Below are positions 49,601 to 61,763 of a stretch of DNA of 64,000 nt, piece by piece. The stretch is from Macrostomum lignano (lineage: Eukaryota). Under the pieces are notes generated by a model that was not told the origin of the DNA, made no database searches, and saw only the letters and a program-made list of their open reading frames with translations. Numbering within the stretch: position 1 is the stretch's first letter; each line of letters opens with the position of its first letter. Location: NCBI GenBank assembly GCA_002269645.1, contig NIVC01000577.1, forward strand, positions 46,460 through 110,459, given 5' to 3'. The translations under genes were made by a program, and so were the position numbers.

Positions 49601-52600
49601 TCTGCTGAGCAATGCCTCGGGCCTATCTCGATTAACTGCTTTCGTGTGGGAGGTTTTCTATCTGAAAATTAGTGCCGAACAAAAACAGACAGAATTTTTT
49701 ACCAGAAGGGCCGACTAGCAGACTCTTTGCTGTCGTTTTGGTTGAGTTCATTAAGAGAAAAGCTTCTTCTTTTGCAGCAAAATCTGAGGAGAATAAATCT
49801 GTAGCAAATTTGTGTCTGCACTCTGCATTCCGGTTATCCGAATTGTCTCGGGCGGAAAATATAAGCTTTACTCTACTGTGTCACTCTGTTCACTGCAGTG
49901 CCGCTCTCTTTCCCGATTGTACTTTTATAGGCCATAGACTAGACATCAGGCTCTCTCTACCTTCCCACTGCACTCTTAGAGCCATAGACATCAGGCTCTT
50001 TACCTTCCCACTGCACTCTTAGAGCCATATACATCAGGCTCTCTCTACCTTCCAACTGCACTCTTAGAGCTATAGACATCAGGCTCTCTCTACCTTCCCA
50101 CTGCACTCTTAGAGCCATAGACATCAGGCTCTCTCTACCTTCCCACTGCACTCTTAGAGCCATAGACATCAGGCTCTCTCTACCTTCCCACTGCACTCTT
50201 AGAGCCATAGACATCAGGCTCTCTCTATCCCACTGCACTCTTAGAGCCATAGACATCAGGCTCTCTCTATCCCACTGCACTCTTAGAGCCATAGACATCA
50301 GGCTCTCTCTACCTTCCCACTGCACTCTTAGAGCCATAGACATCAGGCTCTTTACCTTCCCACTGCACTCTTAGAGCCATAGACATCAGGCTCTTTACCT
50401 TCCCACTGCACTCTTAGAGCCATATACATCAGGCTCTCTCTACCTTCCAACTGCACTCTTAGAGCCATATACATCAGGCTCTCTCTACCTTCCAACTGCA
50501 CTCTTAGAGCCATAGACATCAGGCTCTCTCTACCTTCCCACTGCACTCTTAGAGCCATAGACATCAGGCTCTCTCTACCTTCCCACTGCACTCTTAGAGC
50601 CATAGACATCAGGCTCTCTCTACCTTCACATTGCACTCGTAGAGCCATAGACTTTAGGCTAACCGAATGCCCATTCTTAAAACCATAGACACCAGGCTCA
50701 CCGAATGCCCATTCTTAAAACCATAGACACCAGGCTCACCGAATGCCCATTTTTAAAACCATAGACATCAGGCTCTTCTTACATTCTCTTTGAAATTCAA
50801 TTTCCAATTTAAAATAAGAAAATTTTAATTTCTGCCTGAATATAACTTTTAAGATAGTTGGCACTTATTTTTTAACTAAAACAACAAATCGATAAGAAAC
50901 TTTTCCGAGGAGTCTCCCGTCACGGAGATTTGGTTAATTATAAGTTAATAAAATTTATTTTCACAAAGATCTATCCCGTAATTGACAACCGGGTAGATTC
51001 AAGTACTCTAAACTGTCTGTGTTTGACCGTTAACCAGAAAGAATCGTGTCTTATGTTGAAAGTTGTCACCTAGAGATCAGAAAGAGGATTAATCTATTAC
51101 TTCGTATGCAGAGGCGGCATCTTTTAGACAGGATAGTGCCACCTGTTAGACAGGAGTGTCACCTGTTGGACAGGAGTCTCATCAGTTAGACAGGAGTATC
51201 ACATGTTAGACAGGATAATGCCACCTGTTAGACAGGAGTGCCACCTGTTAGACAGGTGTGTCACCTGTTAGACAGAGGATAGCGTCACCTGTTAGACAGA
51301 GGATAGCGTCACCTGTTAGACAGAGGATAGCGTCACCTGTTAGACAGAGGATAGCGTCACCTGTTAGACAGAGGATAGCGTCACCTGTTAGACAGAGGAT
51401 AGCGTCACCTGTTAGACAGAGGATAGCGTCACCTGTTAGACAGAGGATAGCGTCACCTGTTAGACAGAGGATAGCGTCACCTGTTAGACAGAGGATAGCG
51501 TCACCTGTTAGACAGAGGATAGCGTCACCTGTTAGACAGAGGATAGCGTCACCTGTTAGACAGAGGATAGCGTCACCTGTTAGACAGAGGATAGCGTCAC
51601 CTGTTAGACAGAGGATAGCGTCACCTGTTAGACAGAGGATAGCGTCACCTGTTAGACAGAGGATAGCGTCACCTGTTAGACAGAGGATAGCGTCACCTGT
51701 TAGACAGAGGATAGCGTCACCTGTTAGACAGAGGATAGCGTCACCTGTTAGACAGAGGATAGCGTCACCTGTTAGACAGAGGATAGCGTCACCTGTTAGA
51801 CAGAGGATAGCGTCACCTGTTAGACAGAGGATAGCGTCACCTGTTAGACAGAGGATAGCGTCACCTGTTAGACAGAGGATAGCGTCACCTGTTAGACAGA
51901 GGATAGCGTCACCTGTTAGACAGAGGATAGCGTCACCTGTTAGACAGAGGATAGCGTCACCTGTTAGACAGAGGATAGCGTCACCTGTTAGACAGAGGAT
52001 AGCGTCACCTGTTAGACAGAGGATAGCGTCACCTGTTAGACAGAGGATAGCGTCACCTGTTAGACAGAGGATAGCGTCACCTGTTAGACAGAGGATAGCG
52101 TCACCTGTTAGACAGAGGATAGCGTCACCTGTTAGACAGAGGATAGCGTCACCTGTTAGATAGTAATATCCCCTGTTAAGCAGGAACGTCATCCATTATC
52201 AAATAAGCGTATTATAAAAATTACGCAATGTGTATTTTTAGTTGTTTAAAGCATTTTTATCTTAATAATCTATCATATAAGTGGGTCTATTCTATAAACT
52301 GTATACAAAAACCCCACCGACCCGTCGCACTGCCCCGCAGGCTCAAACGCCTACCAGAAACTGCTCCAGGGTGCCCTGGGCGCCAGCGCAAATCTCAACA
52401 AATCGTTTGACGATCAAACAACGCCAACATCAAAGGCGCCGGCTGCTCCGGCTGGTTCGGCGGCAAGATCAAAGGAGCCGCAAGTTGAATCGGGCGATAA
52501 ACTGTGGAGTCCTCAGCCGCTAGCGAATAAAGACGGTGAGTTGATTGAGGTGTGAAATTTAAATTAACTAACCCAATAACAAGTTCATCTAACTGCATCT

Positions 52601-53769
52601 ATAGAACCCTGATTTCAATTATTTTTTATCTCAATTTTAATCAGATGAGAAGACAGATGATACAGGTAATTCTTCACGGCGGCTTATCGTTTGTTCTCAC
52701 CTTAATTTTAGGATTAAAGCGAAATCACAATTTCAATTTATCAAAAGAGAAGAAGAGGTGATGAGCATTGAGCATGAGCGATGTGTAAATGAAATTGCCT
52801 TCTTACACTAACCAAAATAGATACCGTTTTCAGTTTTCAGCATGTCTTTAGTTTCACAGTTGACGTCATAATTAATTGCTGCAGCCCAAGAGGTGTCAGA
52901 TTAATAGACGACTAAAAATTCATCACGGAATATCGAGAAACTCCAAAGCATTAAGCATTCTAACAAAAGTAGCTAAATCGTTTTCGGCAGACACCCACCT
53001 CACTCCCTGGTAGTTTCCTACTACTCCATAGACACCCACATCACTCCCTGATAGTTTTCTACCACTCCATAGACACCCACATCACTCCCTGATAGTTTTC
53101 TACCCCTTCATAGACACCAACCTCACTCCCTGATAGTTTTCTACCACTCCATAGACACCCACATCACTCCCTGATAGTTTCCTACTACTCCATAGACACC
53201 CACATCACTCCCTGATAGTTTCCTACTACTCCATAGACACCCACATCACTCCCTGATAGTTTCCTACTACTCCATAGACACCCACATCACTCCCTGATAG
53301 TTTTCTACCCCTTTAACCTCACTCCCTGGTAGTTTTCTATCCCTTCAAAGGCACCCACTTCACTCCTTGATAGTTCTTACCCCTCCAAAGACACCCACCT
53401 CACTCCCTGATAGCTTTCTAACCCTCCGCAGACACCAACCTCACTCCCTGATAGTTTCCTACCACTCCATAGACACCCACCTCACTCCCTGATAGATACC
53501 TCCAGATCACTGCGTAAATTTAAATTTTTCATCATACACAGCTCAGACACTCGAATCCCATACTCATAGGTTTTGTTCCCTGTCAATTTGTAGACAACGA
53601 TCTTGAGTCTGACATCGACTCTGAGCTAGAGAACTCATTCCGGCTTCGACTGAGTGGCGGCGGCACCCTGAAAAGTCACCTGACAGCCAGCGGCCAAGTC
53701 ACACAACAGAAGCCGCCGCCGACGCACGCTGAAGATGAAGACGAAGATTTTGGTGGATTCTACGACTGA
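42182..53769 (+). CDS. KIZ: Kizuna centrosomal protein homolog (KIZ/PLK1S1), about 745 aa
   Basis: Exons: 42182-42240, 44210-44260, 44748-45275, 45593-~45658, ~46249-46609, 46957-47635, 47723-47845, 52341-52535, 53594-53769. The exon 4/5 junction is ambiguous; all others are phase-consistent. The N-terminus EYLKSTAQLQESILNCESERLNLEQKL...YYQDLCQRETSMHRRAQQLLADLER matches the remembered KIZ pattern (YYERLGQLQHGLRDSEKKRLDLEKKL...YLKEICESEKKAHTRNQEYL). GSNAYQKLLQGAL resembles ETEAYQLLKKATL. The C-terminus SDIDSELENSFR...EDEDEDFGGFYD* resembles DSNSEIEAALR...DDSDDFYD*. Confidence 0.85.
43192..43866 (+). CDS. Intronless 224-aa uncharacterised protein nested on the same strand in KIZ intron 1
   Basis: Non-repetitive GC-rich ORF inside AT-rich DNA. 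In-frame stops lie just upstream of the ATG, and AATAAA occurs at 43881 and 44037. It has an acidic N-terminus, a His9 tract and a basic C-terminal helix (ARHKVEARLRKLERKRLVRY). No family recognised. Confidence 0.7.
44400..44700. repeat. Approximately 28-bp TCTCTGATCTGATTGGTCGGCAGTATTA array (about 11 inverted CCAAT words) in KIZ intron 2
   Basis: Read directly. Confidence 0.88.
45994..46134 (-). mobile_element. Truncated copy of the tRNA/CORE-like SINE in KIZ intron 4
   Basis: Shares CCTCAATTACCCCAGCTAATGCTGGCACCCATTT...GTCTCTTGCTCAAGGACACAAATT with 32035-32277. Confidence 0.8.
46712..46912. repeat. 15-bp AGTCCAGTGTCAGAC repeat in KIZ intron 5
   Basis: Read directly. It accounts for the repeated SDSPV part of ORF 46618-47691. 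Confidence 0.92.
47955..48375. repeat. 18-19-bp GGGATGCTTGCTATCTGG minisatellite (KIZ intron 7)
   Basis: Read directly. Confidence 0.93.
48875..49342 (-). CDS. CAV: Caveolin family protein, 155 aa, single coding exon, antisense inside KIZ intron 7
   Basis: ERDPLKINGDLHVRWEEVFGEPHHTVYSFDGVWKLAHKVYYTVKLWTYRILTLICAVPAACYWGFEFACLACNIIWCWRP follows the caveolin pattern (RDP..IN...V.FEDVIAEP...SFDGIW...KYW.YR...P...WG..FA......IW...P). Confidence 0.95.
   Translation of the reverse strand: MASSESSSKLQVAESEVHVQMEDESKADVHERDPLKINGDLHVRWEEVFGEPHHTVYSFDGVWKLAHKVYYTVKLWTYRILTLICAVPAACYWGFEFACLACNIIWCWRPALRAFEMQAKMLKLFYSITLSIFLEPLVSTLALCFSKIQVEVVNK
49925..50770. repeat. 45-bp minisatellite (GAGCCATAGACATCAGGCTCTCTCTACCTTCCCACTGCACTCTTA)
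   Basis: Read directly. Confidence 0.93.
51130..52170. repeat. 24-bp CACCTGTTAGACAGAGGATAGCGT array, apparently invariant from about 51260 to 52155, with a degenerate left edge
   Basis: Read directly. Confidence 0.97.
52990..53495 (+). repeat. Approximately 41-bp GACACCCAC(A/C)TCACTCCCTGATAGTTT array in KIZ intron 8
   Basis: Read directly. It is the reverse complement of the array at 53915-54250. Confidence 0.92.
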
Positions 53770-53914
53770 TTTGGGAACTAATTGGTCCAGTTTTGTGCCA
53801 TGATTTGTAGCTAATTATCTTTCAATTAGTCCTTATCGTCACTATCATTCTCGTTCATATATTACGCTCGTATTGTAGCAAATTAATTTATAAATAAGCC
53901 GTGAAGGGCAGTAA

Positions 53915-54250
53915 ACGACCAGGGAGTGAAGTGGGTGTGTATGGAGGGGTTGGAAACTATCAGGGAGTGAGGTGGGTGTCTATGGGGGTTGGAAACTATC
54001 AGGGAGTGAGGTGGGTGTCTATGGGGGTTGGAAACTATCAGGGAGTGAGGTGGGTGTCTATGGGGGTTGGAAACTATCAGGGAGTGAGGTGGGTGTCTAT
54101 GGGGGTTGGAAACTATCAGGGAGTGAGGTGGGTGTCTATGGGGGTTGGAAACTATCCGGGAGTGAGGTGGGTGTCTGCAGAGTGGTAGGAAACTATCAGG
54201 AAGTGAGGTGGGTGTCTTTGGAGGGGTAGGAAACTATCAGGGAGTGGGGC
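53915..54250 (-). repeat. Inverted copy (39-bp unit GGAAACTATCAGGGAGTGAGGTGGGTGTCTATGGGGGTT) of the 52990-53495 array
   Basis: The reverse complement of the unit is AACCCCCATAGACACCCACCTCACTCCCTGATAGTTTCC. Confidence 0.92.
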
Positions 54251-55548
54251 GGGTGTCTTTTTTTGAAGAAAATTGAGAAGACGCTTAATGGAAGTTTACA
54301 AATAAACAAATGTAAACCACCGTTCTGACAATGACAACGTTACAATTTTGATATAAAGCAGGACTTTGTCACAATTGTCACAAACATTGTAGGCGAGATG
54401 CGGCTTTGTTTTGATTTGAATCGATTTCAGAATACATGTATAATACCATGAGATCGAAGAAAAAATTCGGCCTTTGTATCAAATATGCCTAAAGTGGTGT
54501 TTATGATGTCCATAAAATTGGTTGTTTGTTTGTCTCTAAAATGATGTCTATCAGATATTTATATATCACTGAAGTGTGTTTATGTCACTGAAGTGTGTTT
54601 ATGCCACTGAAGTGTGTTTATGCCACTGAAGTGTGTTTATATCACTAATTGTGTTTATGCCAGTGAAGTGTGATTTATGTCGCTGAACTTATGTTTATAT
54701 GCCACTAAAACTTGTCTTAAATCGTGCTGAAATTTGTGGAAATATGAATAGTTGTCAACTTCTGCCTTTAAGGTTAGGAGATGTATAGTTATGGTGCAGT
54801 CTCAGTCAGTTTTTGTAACTGCAAATAACTGAAATCTGGAGGCCCACTTTGATTGCTATGAATAATTAAGTAATCTTCATACAATCAAAATATAATCACT
54901 TTGTGAAATTTTATCAATTAAAATCAGCATGTCTTGAGATCGGTTATATTATCGATCTGCTTGTGCAAATGTGAGGATTTCTATACAGGTAACTTTATTA
55001 CTGTGCCAGTGTGCATAACTACATCCGAAGGTTATTAGTGGGGACATAATAACGGTAAGCCTTATAGACTTAGTATATACTTCCAACTAAATAAATTAAA
55101 CAATAAGTTGAACTTGTGTAATTTAGCTTAAAATCTATTTTATTACAACGAGAAAAAGATATCGCTTTATTTGTAGTAATTATCTTGCTAGGTGCCGTGC
55201 GCTAATTTCGAAAATATTCAATCTGGAAGGTGCAACGCCGAAGTAAACGAGTACTGTGCACTTGTGCCAACATGTACGCAGACACACATACTCGTAGGGG
55301 CGCTTTGTACGAGCACAAATCGCCAAAAAGTTAAGCTTTGTCCAGTGTCCATGACTCCATTTTTCGATCCTCAATCTTTTTTTTCAAAAATATACCGAGG
55401 CAAATTTCAATCGCCTGCTCGAAGGTAAAAAAGTTTCAAAGTTTCCCATCTTCTCAGACAGAAGATCAGAATACTGAACGTCTTTATGTTTAAATCGGCA
55501 AGTACAGTGCAAAAACTGTCTCTGCATTGATGCTTCCAGAGACGCTCG

Positions 55549-58500
55549 TTAATTAGTCGCAGTCGTTTCGTCAACGGCCGTTCCAATCATGGAGGCGTTG
55601 TAGTTCTTTACCAGATCGGCCCGGTTGAACACCACGGCGTAGACCTTGGGCAGGAACAGGATGCTCACCGCGAACAGGTTGGTGAACAGCAGAACGAAGA
55701 CCAGCAGAGCGCCTGCTGACGTCAGCGAGGCCATCGTGACGAGGCTGGGAATGAAGGCGATCCACACGAAGGTGGCGCACGCCGTGAAGGCCAGGATGCA
55801 CTTGCTGTCGTGGAAATTGTCCGGCAGGCTGCGAACTCGCACGGCCAGCGAGCACGTGACCAGCATGAGCATCAGGTTGAGCGCGTAGGGAATCCACAGG
55901 CTGCTGGAGAAGTAGTCGCACTGGAACTCCACGACGGGTCTGGCGTCGGATCGGAGACCGTTGAGCAGCAGCTTGACGGGGCGGATCGGACGCGTACTGA
56001 GAACGCTGCACAGTAGCACCACCTGAGGATTAGAGAGGACAGCTACATCAATGTTTTAGAGCAGCTCGATTCATTCCGATCTCAGCACACACACTCAGCA
56101 ACATGTTAGAGAATTTTCGCTCCAAAACCAGCGATTAAACTTCTCTCAGATCTCAGCCCCAAGTGACGCAATTCACGCCACTCCCGCGGCTCTCGACTCA
56201 ACTGTGGATGAGGCAATTTGCGCCACAATTGGCCCCAGCTTCCGCTGTTGAGGAGAGAATTGAGAGTTATGGCTAAGAGGTTGGATTAATGCCCGTCTCA
56301 TCTTTGCATTAGCGTGAAATAGGTGTAGGATAATGGCATCTGTGCTGGGCAAACTGCATATGCAATGCAATTGTTTAGTCTTTTGTGTTGATGTCTTTCA
56401 GAATTAGTTCAACTAGATTTTGAAGTTCTCGTGAAAACTACATTGTGCTGAAACATTGGCCGCTCTCCTACTATTTTAACTCTACTTTGAACCTGGATGC
56501 ATTGCTAGAATGAATGACGTTGGTAAGAGGTTGCTATCCTCTATATCGGAAGACCTTTTTCGAGAAATTCCCATTCAAATTAAACTACGAAACAAGCAAA
56601 ATACTCGTAAGCCTCACAAAGTACACCGAAATCCTAGGCGTGTACCTACTTAGTTTAGCAGTATTTGAGCACAACATTCTCGAGTGTAGGTTGTAAATGG
56701 AAAGAACAAAAACACTGTACTTTGGTTTACTGACTTTTATTTTTAGGCAGTCTTGTTAAACTAAAAGAAGGCAAGAATTTTTAAATATAAATTCAACCAA
56801 GACCACAGAATACTGTCACCCAGACCGTCTCAGTGACCCGGGAAATGTAGGTAGTTCTGCACAGGGGCGTGGGGCGTACAGGGGGGACAGGCAGGACATG
56901 TCCCCCCAGTAAAAGCAGTCTTGTGACCTGTTGTGAAAATAAATATTGCAATAATAGTGTTTCAGAGTGCTAAAATATAGCACATGCGGCACCAAAATGA
57001 GTGCCTGCGGCGCTAAAATGAGAGCCTGTGTCGCCAAAATGAGCGCCGACAACACGGATTTTATTTAGAGTCATGTGCATCTAAATGTAAAATTCTTGGT
57101 TTTGTTGCCCCCAACATGAAATCAATTGCAACCCCCTGGTTCTTTAATAACCGTTAGTTGGAAATAAAGCTGCAATGATAAAAAAGTAACTATTGTCTAT
57201 CCCTCAGCGATCTCGTGGGCTAGACTTTCAATTTCGTATCACTAGTAGAGATGCTATACTGCAGAGCTGCATATATCGAGTCATTACATATAAAGCCAAG
57301 ATCTAAGCCTAAACTATCGTATAACAATCGAGATGTAAAAAGTCCAAATGTTTTCTGACTGATCATTACTCCGCGCAGCCGATTGAATTCCTAATTGCAA
57401 CTGGATCCCACTGACAAAAAATTGAACGGCACAACGGGTAGACAGATTATTGCAGAAAGAAAGGAGAGTTTTTCATGTACTCTAATATACCATCAATATT
57501 GATACTGTCGAAGTCTGTGGACAAAAAACTAGATAAGCATTTGGATCGATGCTTTAGCAGAAAAAAACTCACCTGCAACAGGCAAACTACGATTGTCATC
57601 ACAACCACAGCTTTACGCCCGGTAAAGCTGAGTCCAGATGCGCCGCGCATGGAGCCCACGAACACGCGGTAGATCCGAGCGCTCTTGGTCAGCAGAGCCG
57701 CGTACACCATCGTGAGGCTGAAGTGGTACAGAAACGCCTGCACGTTGCACACGGTGAGCGACGGCTCGCCGAAGAACAGCGCCACGTCGACGAGTCCGAG
57801 CTGGATGCCGACCTGTTGGAACACGCTCAGCTCTAGCGAGGACGCCTTCAGCAGCGGCACGTTCGACCTGGCCAAGAAGAACACTCCGGTCGCCATGGTG
57901 ACCGCAGAGCCGAGCGCCGACACGCCGATGAACACGATGCCGCTAGTGTCGCTCGGTCGGAGGACGGTCAGCGCGAGCGGCTCGCAGCGAGAGTAGTTCG
58001 AGCTCGGCCAGGTAAGCGAGGCGCACTTCTCGCACAACGTACCGTTCGACCCTACGATCTCGTCGGAGCTGCACGGTCTGCACACCCAGCAGCACTTGCT
58101 CACCTGCACTCGGTACTCGCGATTGCCGCACGGTAGAGAGCACACACTCGTTGGTACCGAGCGTTGGTAAGTCGCGTCTCCAGGCCACGAGATCAGGCTT
58201 CGATTCATGCTGAGACCGTGCTCAGAGCTCCACACACCGACAGTCACTCTCGAGCTCACCTGTTTGCTGCTCTGGTAGAGCACAACATAGGAAGCGGGAC
58301 CGTTTCCGTTGCTGTCGAGCTTCACCTCTCCCGTGTAGCCGGTGAAGTTCGTTCGGTACAGCTGCCTCAGCAGCAGCGGTCCGGTCACGCACTGCAGCAG
58401 CGCCGACTTGTTCAGCCTCGGCTCCAGGCTGGTCGCGCACTCCGACCTGGCCACCGCGTCGATCGCGTGGGCGAACAAGAGAAACGCGTCCAGCATCCGA

Positions 58501-59624
58501 GCGACTGGAGCGACAATGCTGGACGGGGTGAAGCTGCTCGACTCGGACACTCGACGAGACGAGTTCGTAGTGCAACAAGCACACGTTGAGCAGTTCATCA
58601 GCTGATCAAACATGATTGCACCGTTGTACATCTTAGAGAGGTCAGAGTAGGTAAGGTTCAGGTACCACTGCATCAAGTCGGGTGTTGGGAACAGGCTGAA
58701 GTAGACAGTAAAAGATGCGTTCGCATAGGCATTGGTGTTATAACCCGTATCGCTAAAGATCAGAATAATGCCAGCCTTGCCAAGAACACTAAAAATATTC
58801 TCCGAGGTTCTGCTGACCGAGTTGAGCCACACCACAGCTTTCATATTCTGCTGAGACTCCACTGTTTCCAGGATCTCGCTGTCCTGTGTTGCGCCAGTGA
58901 TTGGTATGATGAAGGCCAAGCAGGCCTCTGGAAATCTAATTGGCAGGCTTGACGAAAACTGTAGGGCTATGTTGGTGAAGTATAAGTTGCTGGCGTCATA
59001 CACTACGCCGATGTAGGTCCAGTCGAACTCGCGAGCCAGGTCTATCATGACGACGGCCTGGTAGGAGTCCGGACTCACCAGCCTGACCACATTGGGAAAT
59101 CGTGTGCGGTCGCTAAGCGAGTCGCTGCTGCACTCCGTGCCGACCATGGGCACTTTGAATGGCTGCAAAGCGAACGAAAGAACCTGCGTCTCCGCGCTTG
59201 ACCAGCCTCCTACAACTCCGTGCAAAGGCCTCTTCGAGCTGCTGGCAGGCCATGAGGTGCCGTTGCAGCCGCTAGGAATGCCGGTATCAGGCGAGTGACT
59301 TTTCCAGGCCGGGGATACTCGATTGGCGGCCTCAATGGCCACCGTCTCCTTGTAGCAGGTCTCCAGAAAGGCCAAGCCCAGACTAATGTTGTTTGCACCG
59401 AACAGCAGATCCGGCCGAGTTTGAATTTTCTCCCGAATGAACCAGGGTAGAATCTGTCTCAGTAAGGCTGCTTCAGTGAGGCTGCTCGGACACTGGCCGG
59501 TGCCGTGCAGAAGGCCGATTGTGATGTCACCGGGCATGCAGTATCCATCGACAGCCTGGCAAACTGGTGTACGCTGTAGTCCCAGCAGTAGAAGTGACAG
59601 GATAATCACACCTTTTGATCGCAT
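55549..59624 (-). CDS. Class C GPCR (metabotropic glutamate receptor-like, divergent), 841 aa: signal peptide, Venus flytrap, Cys-rich (NCD3G) domain, 7TM
   Basis: Exon 59624-57573 (684 codons, ...VCLLQ|gtgagt) joins exon 56022-55549 (cctcag|VVLLC...). Motifs: GVVGGWSS, LSDRTRFPNVVRLVSPDSYQA, WTYIGVV, SVCSLPC...CCWVCRPC, PLLKASSLELS, YAALLTKSARIYRVF, LPDNFHDSKCI, LFLPKVY. Confidence 0.95.
56862..57138. mobile_element. Older, shorter copy of the hAT-type MITE in the GPCR intron
   Basis: CAGGGGCGT...CCCCCTG ends. It shares GGACATGTCCCCC and GCGCTAAAATGAG subrepeats with 17809-18259. The 8-bp flanks GTTCTGCA and GTTCTTTA match at 6 of 8. Confidence 0.75.
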
Positions 59625-61264
59625 GCTTTTACCTGTTTTTTGAGCGGTTAGTTTTTACACTTAGTTATGACGAAGATAAATGCGTCATGAGAAAGCCCCG
59701 GCTCAAAGTCAAGGCGTCACGTTTTATATCTAGAGCGTTTTATCCACTTTGTCACGCGAATCAGCTTTTTATTAAGCGCAATAATCACTGCCATAATCCG
59801 CTCCTTTTTCTCGATGGGAACTCATTCTTCGCAAAGAAAGACTGGTAGCGCCACTTTCTATTGTGATTGTTTCGTCCCCGTCCAAAAGGGTGGAGTCTTG
59901 AGCCAAAATCGGGGTGCAGGGTCTGCATCTGCTCAATTTTTTGTGTAGATTGCGGTATACACGAGAGGATAGATTACAATGGATACTCGTATGGCTATTT
60001 ATATTCGAAGATATCATACGTGATTACATTGAATTTAAAAAAGGCTTGTTACTCATGCAAAAACTGTCAGGCAAAAAGCAAGGCTGTCTGCCACAGAGAG
60101 ACTTACCGATTGTTGTTAGCAAAAAAAACGCAGCGGACTGCATGACTCGAACCCAGGCGAATCCCTCACTGGTTGGGAAATCCTGTGGGATTTAGTGTTA
60201 TACCTGACTAATCTCTTGTTCGGGAGATGGAGGCAGCAAATGGGCCTTGCCCCACTCACTTGCCGGGTGAACTCATTGGCTGGCGAAGGAATGTGTAATG
60301 ACGTCTCAAAGTCTGTTTCGAGACTAACAGTTTATTATTTTGCCTTCTCAGATTTTAATCCGCTCTTGGCCAGAAAAAAACCCATGTTCAGATTATTGAA
60401 ATCTTTTCGAATACCTTTAAGCCAGATTTAATATATATATATATTACAGTCTTCTAGCTTTGCTTTCTTTCAATAATCTGAATTTAATTGAAAAACATTT
60501 GAGCAGGTGATGGGTGTACGATAATTTCCATCCAAGTCTACATTGTACAAACGTCTACTGTCCAGTGTATCTCACTTCTCGTAGAATGTATCGATTTCTT
60601 TGAGTTTTTGCTTGTTACAGTTTAGTTATTTCCAAGCCGGAAAAGTAACTAAATCGTAGTAAGCATTTGCTCTTTACTCTTGAGGGTTGGGAGAGCAGAT
60701 TAAGCAAACAGAAAAACCTGCCTAAACTGAACTCTCAAATGCCATGCGGAGTCGTGAAAGCTGAGCTCTGAAACATCCGATGAAATCGTTAGCATACGGC
60801 CTGCATGTATGCAAGTCTTCACCTCGGGTATTGAGATGCGAATTTGATACAACTTGGTGTCGTTAATCTCTCAAAAGTCGATGTCTATCGAATGCATCGA
60901 TTCCATTCGCAGAGAGATTGCTTTCAAACACAAGGATATCATTGAGTAAATGAGCTCTCTTTACGATCGAACGCTAAGACTAATCAAACTAATGATGCTT
61001 GAGTCTCGAATTCGCAAGACAAGGATTCGAGCTCAAGAGCTCTCTTTAACTTTCGTAAGCTAGCTGGCGGTAGCCTTAGCAAGGTTGGGCTTAGCACGTA
61101 TTGATTTGTATACTTGTCAACATTAACGCAATCGGCCATCAAAGTAGAAGGACTCTGCAGATTTCCTTGGAGGAGTCGGTTTTCGGCTGACAAAATATGC
61201 ATTAACGAGATTTCTTATTTCAACTTTGGCAGTCAATAAGCAGTTTATGGACTTCCGAATTGTA

Positions 61265-61763
61265 TATGGAGGTGTGGCCAAAAAATAACCAGAATTTTAC
61301 TTCTGATGTCAGTTTTAAATGCACTCCTGGAAGCCCTCCGTCGATATGTCTCCTAATACGCGTACCAGTCTTACCAGTCTTAGGAAATGATGTTTCAGCC
61401 TAACATTGCGGCATTGAACGTGCTTCGTGCGCTGGTGCATTGTCGTGATGCAGCAACCAGGGCATTGTGCTCCTACTGTTAACGTCAAACCCGCCGCATG
61501 CTCAACATCAACCTCTCGAGGACTTCGCGATAAAAGTGCCGATTCATTGTGACACAAACTCTTGATGTGATCTCGTTTCGCTTTTCCATGATGTGATATA
61601 CATGTAGGGCTTCATTGACAAACTGTTTCTAGATCTGTCTAGAAGCATTATACTAAAGTGATACCAAATTTTGTTTGCAAACGTTGTTTGCTTCCTGCTC
61701 CCCGGTAGCATTTCATAAAAATTAGTTCGGCAAACATGCGATGCAATCATTGATACGCTCGTA
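61265..61763 (-). mobile_element. Decayed mariner transposase remnant
   Basis: Minus-strand fragments HQEFV, TMNRHFYREVLERL, WLLHHDNAPAH (61459-61427) and DISTEGFQEC, separated by stops and frameshifts. TIR-like ends TATGGAGGTGTGGCCAAAAAATA (61265) and TACGAGCGTATCA (61763). Confidence 0.8.

Noticed and set aside
55192-55428. 78-aa Cys-rich ORF downstream of the GPCR, with nearby plus-strand donor (55055) and acceptor (55190) words
   Set aside because: No ATG or signal-peptide exon could be joined in frame, so it cannot be supported without RNA data.
59867-61202. Short ORFs upstream of the GPCR that might be decayed transposon coding sequence
   Set aside because: No recognisable motif was found; a translated search would be needed.
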